A DNA stretch of 64,000 nucleotides from an uncultured Armatimonadia bacterium (lineage in GTDB: Bacteria; Armatimonadota; Zipacnadia; CAVVLO01), in the NCBI GenBank assembly GCA_963749155.1, contig CAVVLO010000001.1, positions 608,001 to 672,000 of the forward strand, read 5' to 3'. Positions 19,169-28,229 of this stretch are shown one piece after another. Positions within the stretch are counted from its first letter, which is position 1. The number at the start of each line of letters is the position of its first letter. The position numbers and the translations under genes are program-made. The notes beneath the pieces were generated by a model. The model saw only the letters and a list, made by a program, of their open reading frames with translations. It was not told where the DNA came from and ran no database searches.

Positions 19169-19710
19169 AGCCCCGAATCAGCTCCTGTTTCGATCTCCGC
19201 CTCGATAAGTTTGGCTCGTTCGGTCTCTACTGCTACCGCGGCTTCAGCTGCCCTTACTCTGAGCTGGAGTGCTCGCACTGCTGAACGCTGGGTATCGCGC
19301 TGGGCTTCGACCTCGCGTCTGGAGGTGCGGGTAGTGTTTATGTCGGCTTTGGCAGCTTCAAGCAAACGTTGCTGAACTTCCAACTCGGCCTTTATCAGGC
19401 GGTTTCCGTGCTTGTGGACTGCTCCTGGCAATTCTTTGCGACCGTTGAAGACCTTCTCCTGAGCATGCAAAGAGGCAATCTGGGCTTCCTGCTCGCGGAC
19501 TAAAGCTTCTGCGGTGGCGAGTTCGCTCGCAAATCCTGCAATTCTCTGCTCTAGCGCCATCAACTGAGTTTGGGCTGCTTCGAGCTGGCTTTTGGCTTCA
19601 TCCAACCGCTGGGCGGCAGGAGAGGCCTGTGTAATCGCATCCTGCTTGCCGCAAGAAGCTAAACAAAACGCCACCATTAAAGCTATCAGCACCGCAAAGA
19701 GCGCGCGCAC
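19165..19710 (-). CDS. Coiled-coil lipoprotein
   Basis: Signal peptide with lipobox LASC, followed by heptad-rich Ala/Glu/Gln sequence. Confidence 0.7.
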   Translation of the reverse strand: MRALFAVLIALMVAFCLASCGKQDAITQASPAAQRLDEAKSQLEAAQTQLMALEQRIAGFASELATAEALVREQEAQIASLHAQEKVFNGRKELPGAVHKHGNRLIKAELEVQQRLLEAAKADINTTRTSRREVEAQRDTQRSAVRALQLRVRAAEAAVAVETERAKLIEAEIETGADSGL

Positions 19711-20165
19711 TACCCCTCGCCCCCCCGGTCTGTCTTGTCACCGTAGTGGACACTTACCTTACCGACTTTTAGCGCCAGGCCGAGTAGAAGCACAAGCAAA
19801 GCGCCGCAGACGAAACCCGTCAGTAAAGCGCTCGTTGTTGTAGTTGCGCTTGTACTCCACAGGAATTGCAGGTAGCTGATCTCATCACGATTGGCAAGCA
19901 GCAGCAACAAGAATATGATCAGCACGAGCGCAGCCCCAATCAAGCTGGCTTTACCGAACAGAGCCTTGCGCATGCCCATCCGTTTTACGCCGACGGCGGA
20001 AGTCGGTTGCACCGGCGCGCTCAGGGTTATCTCAGGTTCAGGCTCTGCAGATGGGGCGGTTGGAGCAGGCTCGGTAGGCGCCGTAGGTGTTGATTCTGGC
20101 GCAGTTGTCGGCCAAACATCGTGCTTTGCTTCTTGCTCCTGGCTTTCAGGGCGCTCTTCGTCCAT
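19710..20165 (-). CDS. Two-TM membrane protein with Pro/Thr/Glu-rich N-terminus (LapA-like topology)
   Basis: SD AGGAGGTG at 20171-20178. TM1-AN...FL..-TM2 pattern. Confidence 0.65.
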   Translation of the reverse strand: MDEERPESQEQEAKHDVWPTTAPESTPTAPTEPAPTAPSAEPEPEITLSAPVQPTSAVGVKRMGMRKALFGKASLIGAALVLIIFLLLLLANRDEISYLQFLWSTSATTTTSALLTGFVCGALLVLLLGLALKVGKVSVHYGDKTDRGGEG

Positions 20166-20191
20166 TGGGCCACCTCCTGGCTGTCTGCTCC

Positions 20192-20200
20192 ATTATAACA
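20192..20200 (-). promoter_or_regulatory. Extended -10 promoter (TGTTATAAT) for the leftward operon
   Basis: Reverse complement of ATTATAACA, about 14 nt upstream of the SD. Confidence 0.6.
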
Positions 20201-20211
20201 CTGGAGCCTTT

Positions 20212-20241
20212 TTGACATGCCGTTTACCGCGCTTCTATAAT
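20212..20241 (+). promoter_or_regulatory. Consensus sigma70-type promoter for the folE2 operon
   Basis: TTGACA (20212-20217), 18-nt spacer, TATAAT (20236-20241). Confidence 0.8.
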
Positions 20242-20307
20242 CGAAGCAGGCTCCTTGGTAATCTTTCTCCAAAATACCCTGGAGTTCCTCCAGGATGGGG
20301 TGAGCAC

Positions 20308-21105
20308 TTGAAGGATGTGGCCGCAATGGCCGATGACCGCGGGCTGTCTATCCAGCGAGTGGGGCTGCGCAAGCTTCACCTGCCGCTGCTTGTGCTTCGG
20401 AAGGAGGGCGGTTATCAGCCTGTCCTGACAGAACTCGATATCGCCGCCGACCTTTCGATGGAAGAACGGGGAAGCCACCTGTCCCGGTTTGTCGAGATTC
20501 TGAATGAGTGGCGCGAGAGGGCCATTTCGGAGCGCGAGATGGAAGCCGCACTGCACCTGGTGCGCGAACGCTTGCAGGCCTCTTCTGCCCAGCTCGAATT
20601 GCGTTTCAAATACTTTATCGAAAAGACGGCGCCCATATCCGGGGGTAAAAGCTTGCTTGATTACAACACCCTTTTTAGCGCACACCTTTCTGAAACGGAT
20701 TTCGACTTCATCCTGGGCGTCGAAGTGCCCGCTGTTTCAGTTTGTCCGTGCAGCAAGGAGATAAGCGATTATGGCGCGCATGGCCAGCGCGGCAATGTGC
20801 GCGTGCAGATACGCTATTCCAGTGAGATATTTTGGCTCGAAGACCTGGTAAATCTGGTAGAAGCCCAGCTTTCGGCACCGGTCTATCCGTTACTCAAGCG
20901 CGAAGATGAGAAATACATCACCGAGTGCTCATATGAACGCGCGAAATTCGTCGAGGATGTCGCTCGCGATGTCGTCCTGGCTCTGAAGGCCAGGCCCGAG
21001 ATCACCTGGTTCGAGGTCGAATGCGAGCATTTTGAGTCCATCCATCATCATAGCGCCTATGCGTTCCATTCAGAGCAAGTGGGAGAAGCCAATGAGCAAG
21101 ACTGA
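20308..21105 (+). CDS. folE2: GTP cyclohydrolase I type 2 (FolE2/MptA)
   Basis: IQRVG, RGSHLSRFVE, SVCPCSKEIS..GAHGQRG, LKREDEK, FVEDVAR and ESIHHHSAYA. The likely start is TTG 20308 rather than 19891. Confidence 0.95.
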   Translation: MKDVAAMADDRGLSIQRVGLRKLHLPLLVLRKEGGYQPVLTELDIAADLSMEERGSHLSRFVEILNEWRERAISEREMEAALHLVRERLQASSAQLELRFKYFIEKTAPISGGKSLLDYNTLFSAHLSETDFDFILGVEVPAVSVCPCSKEISDYGAHGQRGNVRVQIRYSSEIFWLEDLVNLVEAQLSAPVYPLLKREDEKYITECSYERAKFVEDVARDVVLALKARPEITWFEVECEHFESIHHHSAYAFHSEQVGEANEQD

Positions 21106-21256
21106 AAAGTGGGAATGGGTGCTGATCATCTGGTCGGCGCTCTCGCTTATCCCTTTCGCTTATCATTATCGGCCGTCCTGGTATCTGGGTTATCTGATTG
21201 TTGTACTGCTGGCGATGATCTGGATTTCCGTGCAACGCTTTCGGCGAATAAAGTGA
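21092..21256 (+). CDS. Small two-TM membrane protein (54 aa)
   Basis: MSKTEKWEWVLIIWSALSLIPFAYHYRPSWYLGYLIVVLLAMIWISVQRFRRIK. GGGAG SD. Overlaps the folE2 end. Confidence 0.65.
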   Translation: MSKTEKWEWVLIIWSALSLIPFAYHYRPSWYLGYLIVVLLAMIWISVQRFRRIK

Positions 21257-21294
21257 ATAACCACTGAAGCACCTATATCCTCGGAGGAATCAGA

Positions 21295-22539
21295 ATGGCA
21301 GAATTGGCGTTGCTTGGCGGCCAGCCAGTAGCTGGCGGCGATGCAAGTTTCCCCGTGTGGCCGCAGATAGAAGACTCTGACCGGTCGCTCTTGCTTGAAG
21401 CTTTTGACTCGCGTGGCTGGGGCATCGGCGGTCGTTATACAGAGGATTTCGTAAAAGCCTTCTGTGATTTTCAAGGCGTGAAATATGGCACCGCTTGTTG
21501 CAACGGCACACTGGCAATCGAGATAGCCCTCGAGGCCGCGGGGCTCGAGGCTGGCGATGAGGTGATAATGCCGGCCTATACCTTTATGGCGACCGCCACA
21601 GCAGTCCTCGGTCTTAAAGGCGTGCCCGTTTTCGCGGACATCGAGCCAGGCACCTGGAACCTTGATCCAGTCGCCGCAGAGGCAGCCATCACTGACCGGA
21701 CCCGGTTCATAATGCCGGTTCATATCGGGGGACGTCCTGCGAATATGACCGCCCTTACCGCCCTTGCCGAGGCGCACGGGCTAAAGCTGATTGAGGACGC
21801 CGCCCAGGCCCATGGCGCGGCCTGGGAAGGCAAAGGGGCTGGCGCCTGGGGAGGCCTTGGCACCTTCAGCTTCCAGTCGTCGAAGAATCTCAATTGTGGT
21901 GAGGGCGGCTTCGTAGCGACTGACAACGAAGAGCTTTATTATCGCGCGCTCAGCTATCATAACTGCGGGCGCGTACCCGCAGGCGCCTGGTACCAGCACG
22001 ATAACTATGGCCAGAACCTGCGCCTCTCGCAGCTTCAAGCGGCTGTGCTGCTGGGGCAGCTTTCGCGTCTGCCCGAGCAGTTCGCTACTCGCCAGTCCAA
22101 CTGGGAGTTGCTGATGAAGCTACTCGCCGAGGTGCCTGGTATCAGCCTGGAGCAAGACGATCCTCGTGTAACCAGACACGCGCATCATCTGTTTATCATC
22201 AGGCTGGATCCAAACCACTTCGAAGGGCTTACCAAGGCCCAGGTTTCCAAGGCGCTTTTTGCCGAAGGAGTGCCTTTCTCGCCCGGCTACAGCACGCCCA
22301 TGTACCGCGAACCCTGGATGCTGCGCTATGCCGAAGATAAAGCCGTTGCGGCTCTCGCAAGGCCTGAAGCGCTGGCATACGAGGCCTATTGCCTGCCCGA
22401 GGTCGAAGCAGCTTGCACCTGGAATATCTGGACTTTCCAGAAGATGCTGCTGGGGACGGCTGCTCAGATGCAGGGGATCGCTGACGCGGTGACGAAAGTT
22501 GCCACGAACGTTGAGGCGCTGCGTAAACATTTTGCTTAG
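21295..22539 (+). CDS. DegT/DnrJ/EryC1/StrS PLP aminotransferase (AHBA synthase / aminocyclitol aminotransferase-like)
   Basis: LALLGG.PV, NGTLA, YTFMAT, IEDAAQAHGA, and FSFQSSKNL..GEGG carrying the PLP lysine. Confidence 0.92.
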   Translation: MAELALLGGQPVAGGDASFPVWPQIEDSDRSLLLEAFDSRGWGIGGRYTEDFVKAFCDFQGVKYGTACCNGTLAIEIALEAAGLEAGDEVIMPAYTFMATATAVLGLKGVPVFADIEPGTWNLDPVAAEAAITDRTRFIMPVHIGGRPANMTALTALAEAHGLKLIEDAAQAHGAAWEGKGAGAWGGLGTFSFQSSKNLNCGEGGFVATDNEELYYRALSYHNCGRVPAGAWYQHDNYGQNLRLSQLQAAVLLGQLSRLPEQFATRQSNWELLMKLLAEVPGISLEQDDPRVTRHAHHLFIIRLDPNHFEGLTKAQVSKALFAEGVPFSPGYSTPMYREPWMLRYAEDKAVAALARPEALAYEAYCLPEVEAACTWNIWTFQKMLLGTAAQMQGIADAVTKVATNVEALRKHFA

Positions 22540-22562
22540 GAGCGCGGCGCCAGGAGGTTCTT

Positions 22563-25500
22563 ATGCGTCAACTCCTGGTGATTGCGTTGGTTCTTACAGG
22601 ACTCGGCTCCCTGCTCTCCGCGCAGGCAGCCGAGTTCTTGCTTTGGCCTAATTCTGAGGGGGCTTACTGGACTTCTCATCGCACTGAGGAGCGAGTGAAT
22701 ACCGAGTTCAGCCACTATGCCCTCACTACCAACCAGGAAGGCGCTGCCATCTGGCAGTTTGGTCGCCAGCCTGGCCAGCCTAACTTCGCGGACACTTTTC
22801 TTGACATCAAAATCGAGCGTCCCTTCAGCGAGCTTGGGGTAACTTTCCGTCTTCAGGGGGCGCCAATCACGCTGGCGATGAAAGTGCGCGATGCGGGCGG
22901 GGCGGAATATGCGCATACTTTTGGCCCCATCCAGCCTGCAGAGGACGCCCAGACCGTAACGATGGGCTTCGATGAGCTCGAATTTACCACCTGGGGTGGC
23001 CCTGAATTCGACAACCGGATTACCTTCCCCCTCACCTCACTTGCCATCATTGCCTTTGAGGTCCCAGAAAATCAGCCTGTTGAGCTCACTCTCGAGCGGA
23101 TCTGGCTTGAACCCATGCCGGCTCCCCTGGGAGAGCTGACGGGCTTCGAGTTGCCTTCCAGCCTTGAGCCAGGCCAGGTGGTGCCGCTCGCTGGCAAGCT
23201 GAAGCTACTGACTGGCTGGCCTTTCCTGTCTACGCTTAAAATCCAGCTCCAGGGGCCAAACGGGTCGGTGTTCGGTACCGAGCTTGCTGCGACAGCGCCC
23301 GAGTGGCCAGCCGGTACAATCCTCGAATTGAACACTGACCTGACTGTGCCAGCCTATCCCTGGACCGGAGAGTATAAGCCTGCACTGACCCTTGACGGTG
23401 TGCCTATCGAACTAGAATCCGGCGAGTTGCCCCTTGTCTCAATTATCGGCCCCAAAGGAGGAACCCTCGTGGAAGCCGAAGTGAAGCCGCTTGGCGGCAA
23501 TCCAGGACTTTTCGTGAACGGCAAGCCCAGCAGTGGACTGGTCTATATGACCTATAACTTGCAGGCTCAGTATGTACGCCAGTTCGGAGAGCAGGCTGTG
23601 CATCTCTATTCCTTTGCGGCGACGTCGTCTTCCTCCCACTACAACCTGGCCGCCGATGTGTGGCTTGGGCCTGACGAGTGGGATTACAGCCAGCTTGACC
23701 AGCGCATCGAGACCATCCTCGAACAGGATCCTGAGGCGTATATTTTCCCGCGCGTCTATATCACTTCACCCCGGTGGTGGAATGATCAGCATCCTGAAGA
23801 CCTGGTGCAATCAATGGGACCAGATGATGTGCCGGTGTTGATGCTGGACTCGATGACCAGAGCCGCCCCTTCCTTCGCCTCGAAAGCTTTCCGCGAAGAT
23901 ATGGGTATGGCTCTCAGGCGGTTCATCCAGCATTGCCAGGAAGCCCCCTGGGCCGAACGTATCATCGGTTATCATGTGGCCAGCGGCACCACTGAAGAAT
24001 GGATGTACTGGGGCGCCAACGATGGCAAGTTCTGCGACTATAGTCCTGTCGCTGTGGAAGCCTTCCGCACCTGGCTCACGGCCAAATATGGCACCGATGA
24101 GGCGCTGCAGAAGGCCTGGGGCGATCCTGCGGTCACCCTGGCAACGGCGCAGGTGCCTTCCTACAGCAAGCGCGTTGCCGCCGAAGCGGGAGAGCTGCGT
24201 AATCCGGCTGTTGCCCAGGACTGCGTAGATAACAGTCTCTTCCTCAGCGACATCACGGTGGACACCATCCTCCACTTCGCCCATATCGTGAAGGACGAGA
24301 CCGACGGGAAGGGACTTTTCGGCACCTTCTATGGTTATGTTATGCAGCTTATAGCCGAACCACGTCAGCAGAACGCAGGGCATCTGGCCTTGCAGCGGCT
24401 ATGGAACTCACCCGATCTCGACTTCCTCACCAGCCCGACGAGTTATATGTTCCGTTCGCTCGATGACACCTCTTATGTCCACTTTATGTCGCTGACCGAT
24501 TCGGTGAAGCTGCACAGCAAGCTGTGGATTGACGAGAACGACATCCGCACCTTCAAGCTGGGCGAGGCGCCTGGTTGGGGCTTTACTGACAACTACGAGG
24601 ATACGCTTGCGATGCAGCAGCGCGAGTTCGCCGCAGTGATGGGGGCCTCCTGTGGGATGTGGTGGTTCGACATGGGCGGAGGCTGGTATGACGATGAGCA
24701 GCTGCTGGGCAAGATTGGCGAGATGAACGCTATTGGTGAAGAGTTGAAGCTTCTGCCTCGCGGTGACGTGGACGAGATAGCAGTCGTGGTGGATGATGCC
24801 TCGCTTGCTTACCTGCGAATCAACAATGCCGCCAGCGCCTCTCTGCTCAACCTGCAACTGCCCGAGCTTGGTCGGATCGGCGCACCGCTAGGGTATTACC
24901 ACATCAAGGACCTGCCCAAGCTAGAGCGCCACAAGCTGTTCCTCTTCCTCGACTGTTTCAAGCTGGACAAGGAAGATCTGGCTGCCATCGACCATATTGT
25001 GAAGCAACCTGGGAAGGTTGCCGTTTGGTATTTCGCCCCTGGCCTGATAACGGAGCAAGGCTTCTCCGAGGCCGCGATGCGCAAGCTGACAGGATTGCCT
25101 CTAAGTTACGAGGTAGTGCTGTGTTCGCCGCAACTGGCCTGGACACCCGAAGGCGCCGCCTTGTCGGGTAAGCAGCCTGGCGAGTTGCTTACAGGTGGCC
25201 GCGATTGGCAAAGCCGGGTCACCTGCGAGGCGGAGGTTGGCGAAGTACTGGCAACCTATGCAGGTGGGGGAGGCCCAGGGCTGGTGCTCGAGGAACAGGG
25301 CGGTTTTACCTCGGTGTGGTGTGGCACTGGGCCCTTGCCTGCCCGCCTGCTGCACCAGCTTGCCTTGCGCGCCGGAGTCCATTGCTACGCTCCGCCAGGC
25401 GACCTGCTTTGGGCCAATGAGAGTGTAGTTGGCTTGTGGTCAGCGGCTGGCGGCCCGAAGGAAGTCTCGTTGCCGCACCCCGCCGCCGTGAAGGAACTCT

Positions 25501-25589
25501 TCTCTGGAACTGATTTGGGTGAGGGGACGGTCTTCCAGCTAGAACTGCCTGCCAAGGGTACGGCGCTGCTGCTGATAGAGCCACTGTAG
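22563..25589 (+). CDS. Secreted beta-galactosidase-like (GH42-related) glycoside hydrolase with N-terminal CBM-like domain
   Basis: Signal peptide, PSFAS..F, IIGYHVASGTTEEW, FRTWL..KYGT..AL..AW, SPTSY, WIDENDIRT, and a C-terminal trimerisation-like domain. Confidence 0.75.
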   Translation: MRQLLVIALVLTGLGSLLSAQAAEFLLWPNSEGAYWTSHRTEERVNTEFSHYALTTNQEGAAIWQFGRQPGQPNFADTFLDIKIERPFSELGVTFRLQGAPITLAMKVRDAGGAEYAHTFGPIQPAEDAQTVTMGFDELEFTTWGGPEFDNRITFPLTSLAIIAFEVPENQPVELTLERIWLEPMPAPLGELTGFELPSSLEPGQVVPLAGKLKLLTGWPFLSTLKIQLQGPNGSVFGTELAATAPEWPAGTILELNTDLTVPAYPWTGEYKPALTLDGVPIELESGELPLVSIIGPKGGTLVEAEVKPLGGNPGLFVNGKPSSGLVYMTYNLQAQYVRQFGEQAVHLYSFAATSSSSHYNLAADVWLGPDEWDYSQLDQRIETILEQDPEAYIFPRVYITSPRWWNDQHPEDLVQSMGPDDVPVLMLDSMTRAAPSFASKAFREDMGMALRRFIQHCQEAPWAERIIGYHVASGTTEEWMYWGANDGKFCDYSPVAVEAFRTWLTAKYGTDEALQKAWGDPAVTLATAQVPSYSKRVAAEAGELRNPAVAQDCVDNSLFLSDITVDTILHFAHIVKDETDGKGLFGTFYGYVMQLIAEPRQQNAGHLALQRLWNSPDLDFLTSPTSYMFRSLDDTSYVHFMSLTDSVKLHSKLWIDENDIRTFKLGEAPGWGFTDNYEDTLAMQQREFAAVMGASCGMWWFDMGGGWYDDEQLLGKIGEMNAIGEELKLLPRGDVDEIAVVVDDASLAYLRINNAASASLLNLQLPELGRIGAPLGYYHIKDLPKLERHKLFLFLDCFKLDKEDLAAIDHIVKQPGKVAVWYFAPGLITEQGFSEAAMRKLTGLPLSYEVVLCSPQLAWTPEGAALSGKQPGELLTGGRDWQSRVTCEAEVGEVLATYAGGGGPGLVLEEQGGFTSVWCGTGPLPARLLHQLALRAGVHCYAPPGDLLWANESVVGLWSAAGGPKEVSLPHPAAVKELFSGTDLGEGTVFQLELPAKGTALLLIEPL

Positions 25590-25616
25590 CAACCTTGTTG
25601 CAGGTTTGTGCAAGTT

Positions 25617-25645
25617 TTGACGCCCGAAGCTCGCTCAGGTATAAT
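25617..25645 (+). promoter_or_regulatory. Sigma70-type promoter
   Basis: TTGACG (25617-25622), 17-nt spacer, TATAAT (25640-25645). Confidence 0.8.
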
Positions 25646-25651
25646 TGGGCC

Positions 25652-25879
25652 GTGACCGAACACGGCGCCAGTTTTGCCGTTGGGGACGTGGTGAGACTGC
25701 GCAAGCCTCACCCGTGCGGCAGCTTTACCTGGCAGATATACCGGGTAGGCGCAGATATTGGATTGCGTTGCCAAGGGTGCGGACGACGCGTTATGCTCGT
25801 CCGCGCTGATTTTATGAAACGGTTTACAGGCGTTGAGCAACAAGGGGGGAGTTCGACGCGTGCCAGTGAGGAGGAATAA
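25652..25879 (+). CDS. DUF951 family protein
   Basis: GDVVRLRKPHPCGS..W...RVGADI.L.C.GCGR.VML.R motif. Start GTG 25652 just downstream of the promoter. Confidence 0.9.
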   Translation: MTEHGASFAVGDVVRLRKPHPCGSFTWQIYRVGADIGLRCQGCGRRVMLVRADFMKRFTGVEQQGGSSTRASEEE

Positions 25880-25884
25880 CCAGG

Positions 25885-27747
25885 ATGCGTTTTCGCACCT
25901 CTGTCTGTATATTTGCGGGGCTGCTTTGCGCGCTCGTAGCGGGCGCGTGGGCACAGGCCCCCCCCGCCGAGGAAACTGAGTCCGGCAAGAGCTACCACGT
26001 ATTGCCCCTTCAGGTTCGAACCCAGCCCGGCGCGCTGATCTCTCCACTCCATTTCACCACCCGCCTCGAGCAATTCGATGTGGGTGAGACCTGGTCGCGC
26101 CTGGCCGAGGCCGGCTACCAGGTGGTGGCCTTCCCAATGAGCGCCGAACTCACCGAGCGGCCGCAGCAGCTTGCAGCCTTGGCGCAACAGTGCGCGCTCA
26201 ACCAACTGTCAGTGATGGCTTCGTTCTCGGTTAAGGGCACCGAGTTGATACAAGCAGGCGCGGACCAAGCGTTGAAGGCAAGCTTGCTGGACTCGCTGAC
26301 GACTCAGCTTGCGGCCCTCAGAGGCGCCGGCGTGCCCGTAAGGGCGATCGAGCTTACAGTAGAACCGCCGGATTTCCTGACAAAATTACTGACCAGTCAA
26401 GCAAGCGAATTGCAGGCGGTCGAGGATTTTGCCGCTGCTTTCCACCGGCTGGTGACTAACAATTTGCCGGGCGCCGAGTTCGTGTTGCGGGTAGGCAAAG
26501 GCTGGGCAGCACTCGAGCAGTTCCGTGGAGCAGTGGTATTTGGAGCGTTGCCACCTGATTTCCTGGGGGCTCATCTGACAAGCCTGGCTGAGCTGCCGAC
26601 CGAATTGCCTTTGACTCAGGCCTCAAGTGAAACCAGCGCTTCGGCTTTGCCAGTGCTTGTGGAGGTAGATGAATCCGCAGGGCATCAAACTGGCTGGCTG
26701 CAAGATCTCGCAGCTGCCTCTCGGCTTGGCCTGGCGGGGGTTGTCCATAACTGGTCTAGTGCTTTGGCCGGACAATCGGCTCCGCTCCAGTTGCTCAGAG
26801 ACTGGCTTCATTATTCAGGCGCCCCGCTTGTGCCAGCCACCGACCTGCCTGAAGGCCTAAGGCTTATTGGCAGTCGTGAGGGCGCAGTACTTGCTTCCAT
26901 TGCCCACACCACTGAAGAGGCAACTCTGAAGGCAGTGTTGCCTGCGAGCAGAGGCTTCTATCTGTCTACGGCTTTGGTGCTGGATGAGGCTGGGCAGCCC
27001 GCCGCTTTCCCCATCGAAGTCGGTCGGACGCTACTTGCGAAGTCCGGTCAGGTGAGTTGGCAGAGCGCTCTTGCCCCCGGCCAAACGGCTTTGGTACGGA
27101 CAGTCAACCTGCCTTCGGCTTCATATGCCGTTCTGGGGGAGCTACTCGAGGCAATCTCGCAAGCTGCCGCGGAAAGCAGCACTGTGAAAACTTCGATAGC
27201 CAGTGATCTGAAGGCGGTCCGCACCCGACTCGGAGTAGCCCTGACAGGCGATGGCTCGCTTACAAGCGCAACTTTTGCCACTTTGGCTCGAGATGGACTG
27301 ACGGAACTTGGCGCGCTCAGGCTTCAGATTGACAGGAAGCTTGAGGGACTGTCCGATGCCCTGGCTGCAAGGTTGAATACCGCACTGGAAGAATCTGACA
27401 GGCAGCTCTCGCTGCTTAGCTATGCGGCAAGAGGACTCAAACTTACTGCAAAGCCCTCCGCGGAGGAGCCAGGCAAGCTGCTCCTGACCTTAACCAACTT
27501 GGGCGAGGCAACTCTTTTTGACCCGATACTCGAAGTGGTGCCAGAGGTCGGGGCTGCGAATTTCACATCCGCCCCGCGGATTGAGTCAATCAAGCCTGGG
27601 CAGAGCCTTACTTTTACGGTAACAGTCACCCCACCCGCGGATTACAGCGCCACCAGGTTGCCGGTGAAGGCTCTCCTGACCTATTATGACAGAATGGCGG
27701 TCGTCACTAGCGTCCTGGAGGGTCAGGTGCTCCTCGCGCCACGCTAG
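25885..27747 (+). CDS. Secreted hypothetical protein (possible degenerate TIM barrel plus beta-sandwich, Ig/NEW3-like C-terminus)
   Basis: Signal peptide, SD GAGGAGGA, C-terminal LTLTNLG...IKPGQS.TFTVTVT. Confidence 0.65.
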   Translation: MRFRTSVCIFAGLLCALVAGAWAQAPPAEETESGKSYHVLPLQVRTQPGALISPLHFTTRLEQFDVGETWSRLAEAGYQVVAFPMSAELTERPQQLAALAQQCALNQLSVMASFSVKGTELIQAGADQALKASLLDSLTTQLAALRGAGVPVRAIELTVEPPDFLTKLLTSQASELQAVEDFAAAFHRLVTNNLPGAEFVLRVGKGWAALEQFRGAVVFGALPPDFLGAHLTSLAELPTELPLTQASSETSASALPVLVEVDESAGHQTGWLQDLAAASRLGLAGVVHNWSSALAGQSAPLQLLRDWLHYSGAPLVPATDLPEGLRLIGSREGAVLASIAHTTEEATLKAVLPASRGFYLSTALVLDEAGQPAAFPIEVGRTLLAKSGQVSWQSALAPGQTALVRTVNLPSASYAVLGELLEAISQAAAESSTVKTSIASDLKAVRTRLGVALTGDGSLTSATFATLARDGLTELGALRLQIDRKLEGLSDALAARLNTALEESDRQLSLLSYAARGLKLTAKPSAEEPGKLLLTLTNLGEATLFDPILEVVPEVGAANFTSAPRIESIKPGQSLTFTVTVTPPADYSATRLPVKALLTYYDRMAVVTSVLEGQVLLAPR

Positions 27748-27782
27748 AGTCGCAAGCAGATATTTGTGCCCAGGAGGCGCCA

Positions 27783-28229
27783 ATGCCCGAACTGACAAGT
27801 GAGATCCAGATATCAGCGCCGGTCGAGGTCGTCTATGAACTGGCCCAAAACATAGAGGCCTTCCCGGAGTATATGCCCGACATCAAGGAAGTCACCATTC
27901 TCGAGCGCAATGGCAGCGAGCTTGTTAGTCGCTGGGGCAGCTATGTAAAGGAGTTCGCGCGCACTGTCAAGTGGATCGAGAAAGACCACTGGGACGATGA
28001 GAAGCGCGTTTGCACCTTCAGCCAGGTTGAAGGCGACTTCACCGAATACGAGGGTGAATGGTATTTTGAGGCCGACGGTGAGGGCAGCAAGATGCGCCTT
28101 ATCGTGCGGTATGAACTGAATCTGCCTCTGATAGGGGCGCTCATCCAGGGCTTGCTTAAGAAGAAAGTCCAGGAGAACTCCGATAATATGCTGGCCGCGC
28201 TGAAGGAGAAAGCCGAGTCGCTTGCCTGA
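27783..28229 (+). CDS. SRPBCC family cyclase/dehydrase (Coq10/RatA-like)
   Basis: I.AP...VY....NIE.FPEYMP and EGDF..YEGEW.F motifs. SD AGGAGG. Confidence 0.88.
   Translation: MPELTSEIQISAPVEVVYELAQNIEAFPEYMPDIKEVTILERNGSELVSRWGSYVKEFARTVKWIEKDHWDDEKRVCTFSQVEGDFTEYEGEWYFEADGEGSKMRLIVRYELNLPLIGALIQGLLKKKVQENSDNMLAALKEKAESLA

Noticed and set aside
19891..20307. 139-aa N-terminal extension of FolE2 in the ORF track
   Set aside because: It overlaps a real minus-strand gene and both promoters. FolE2 similarity starts at LKDV (20308).
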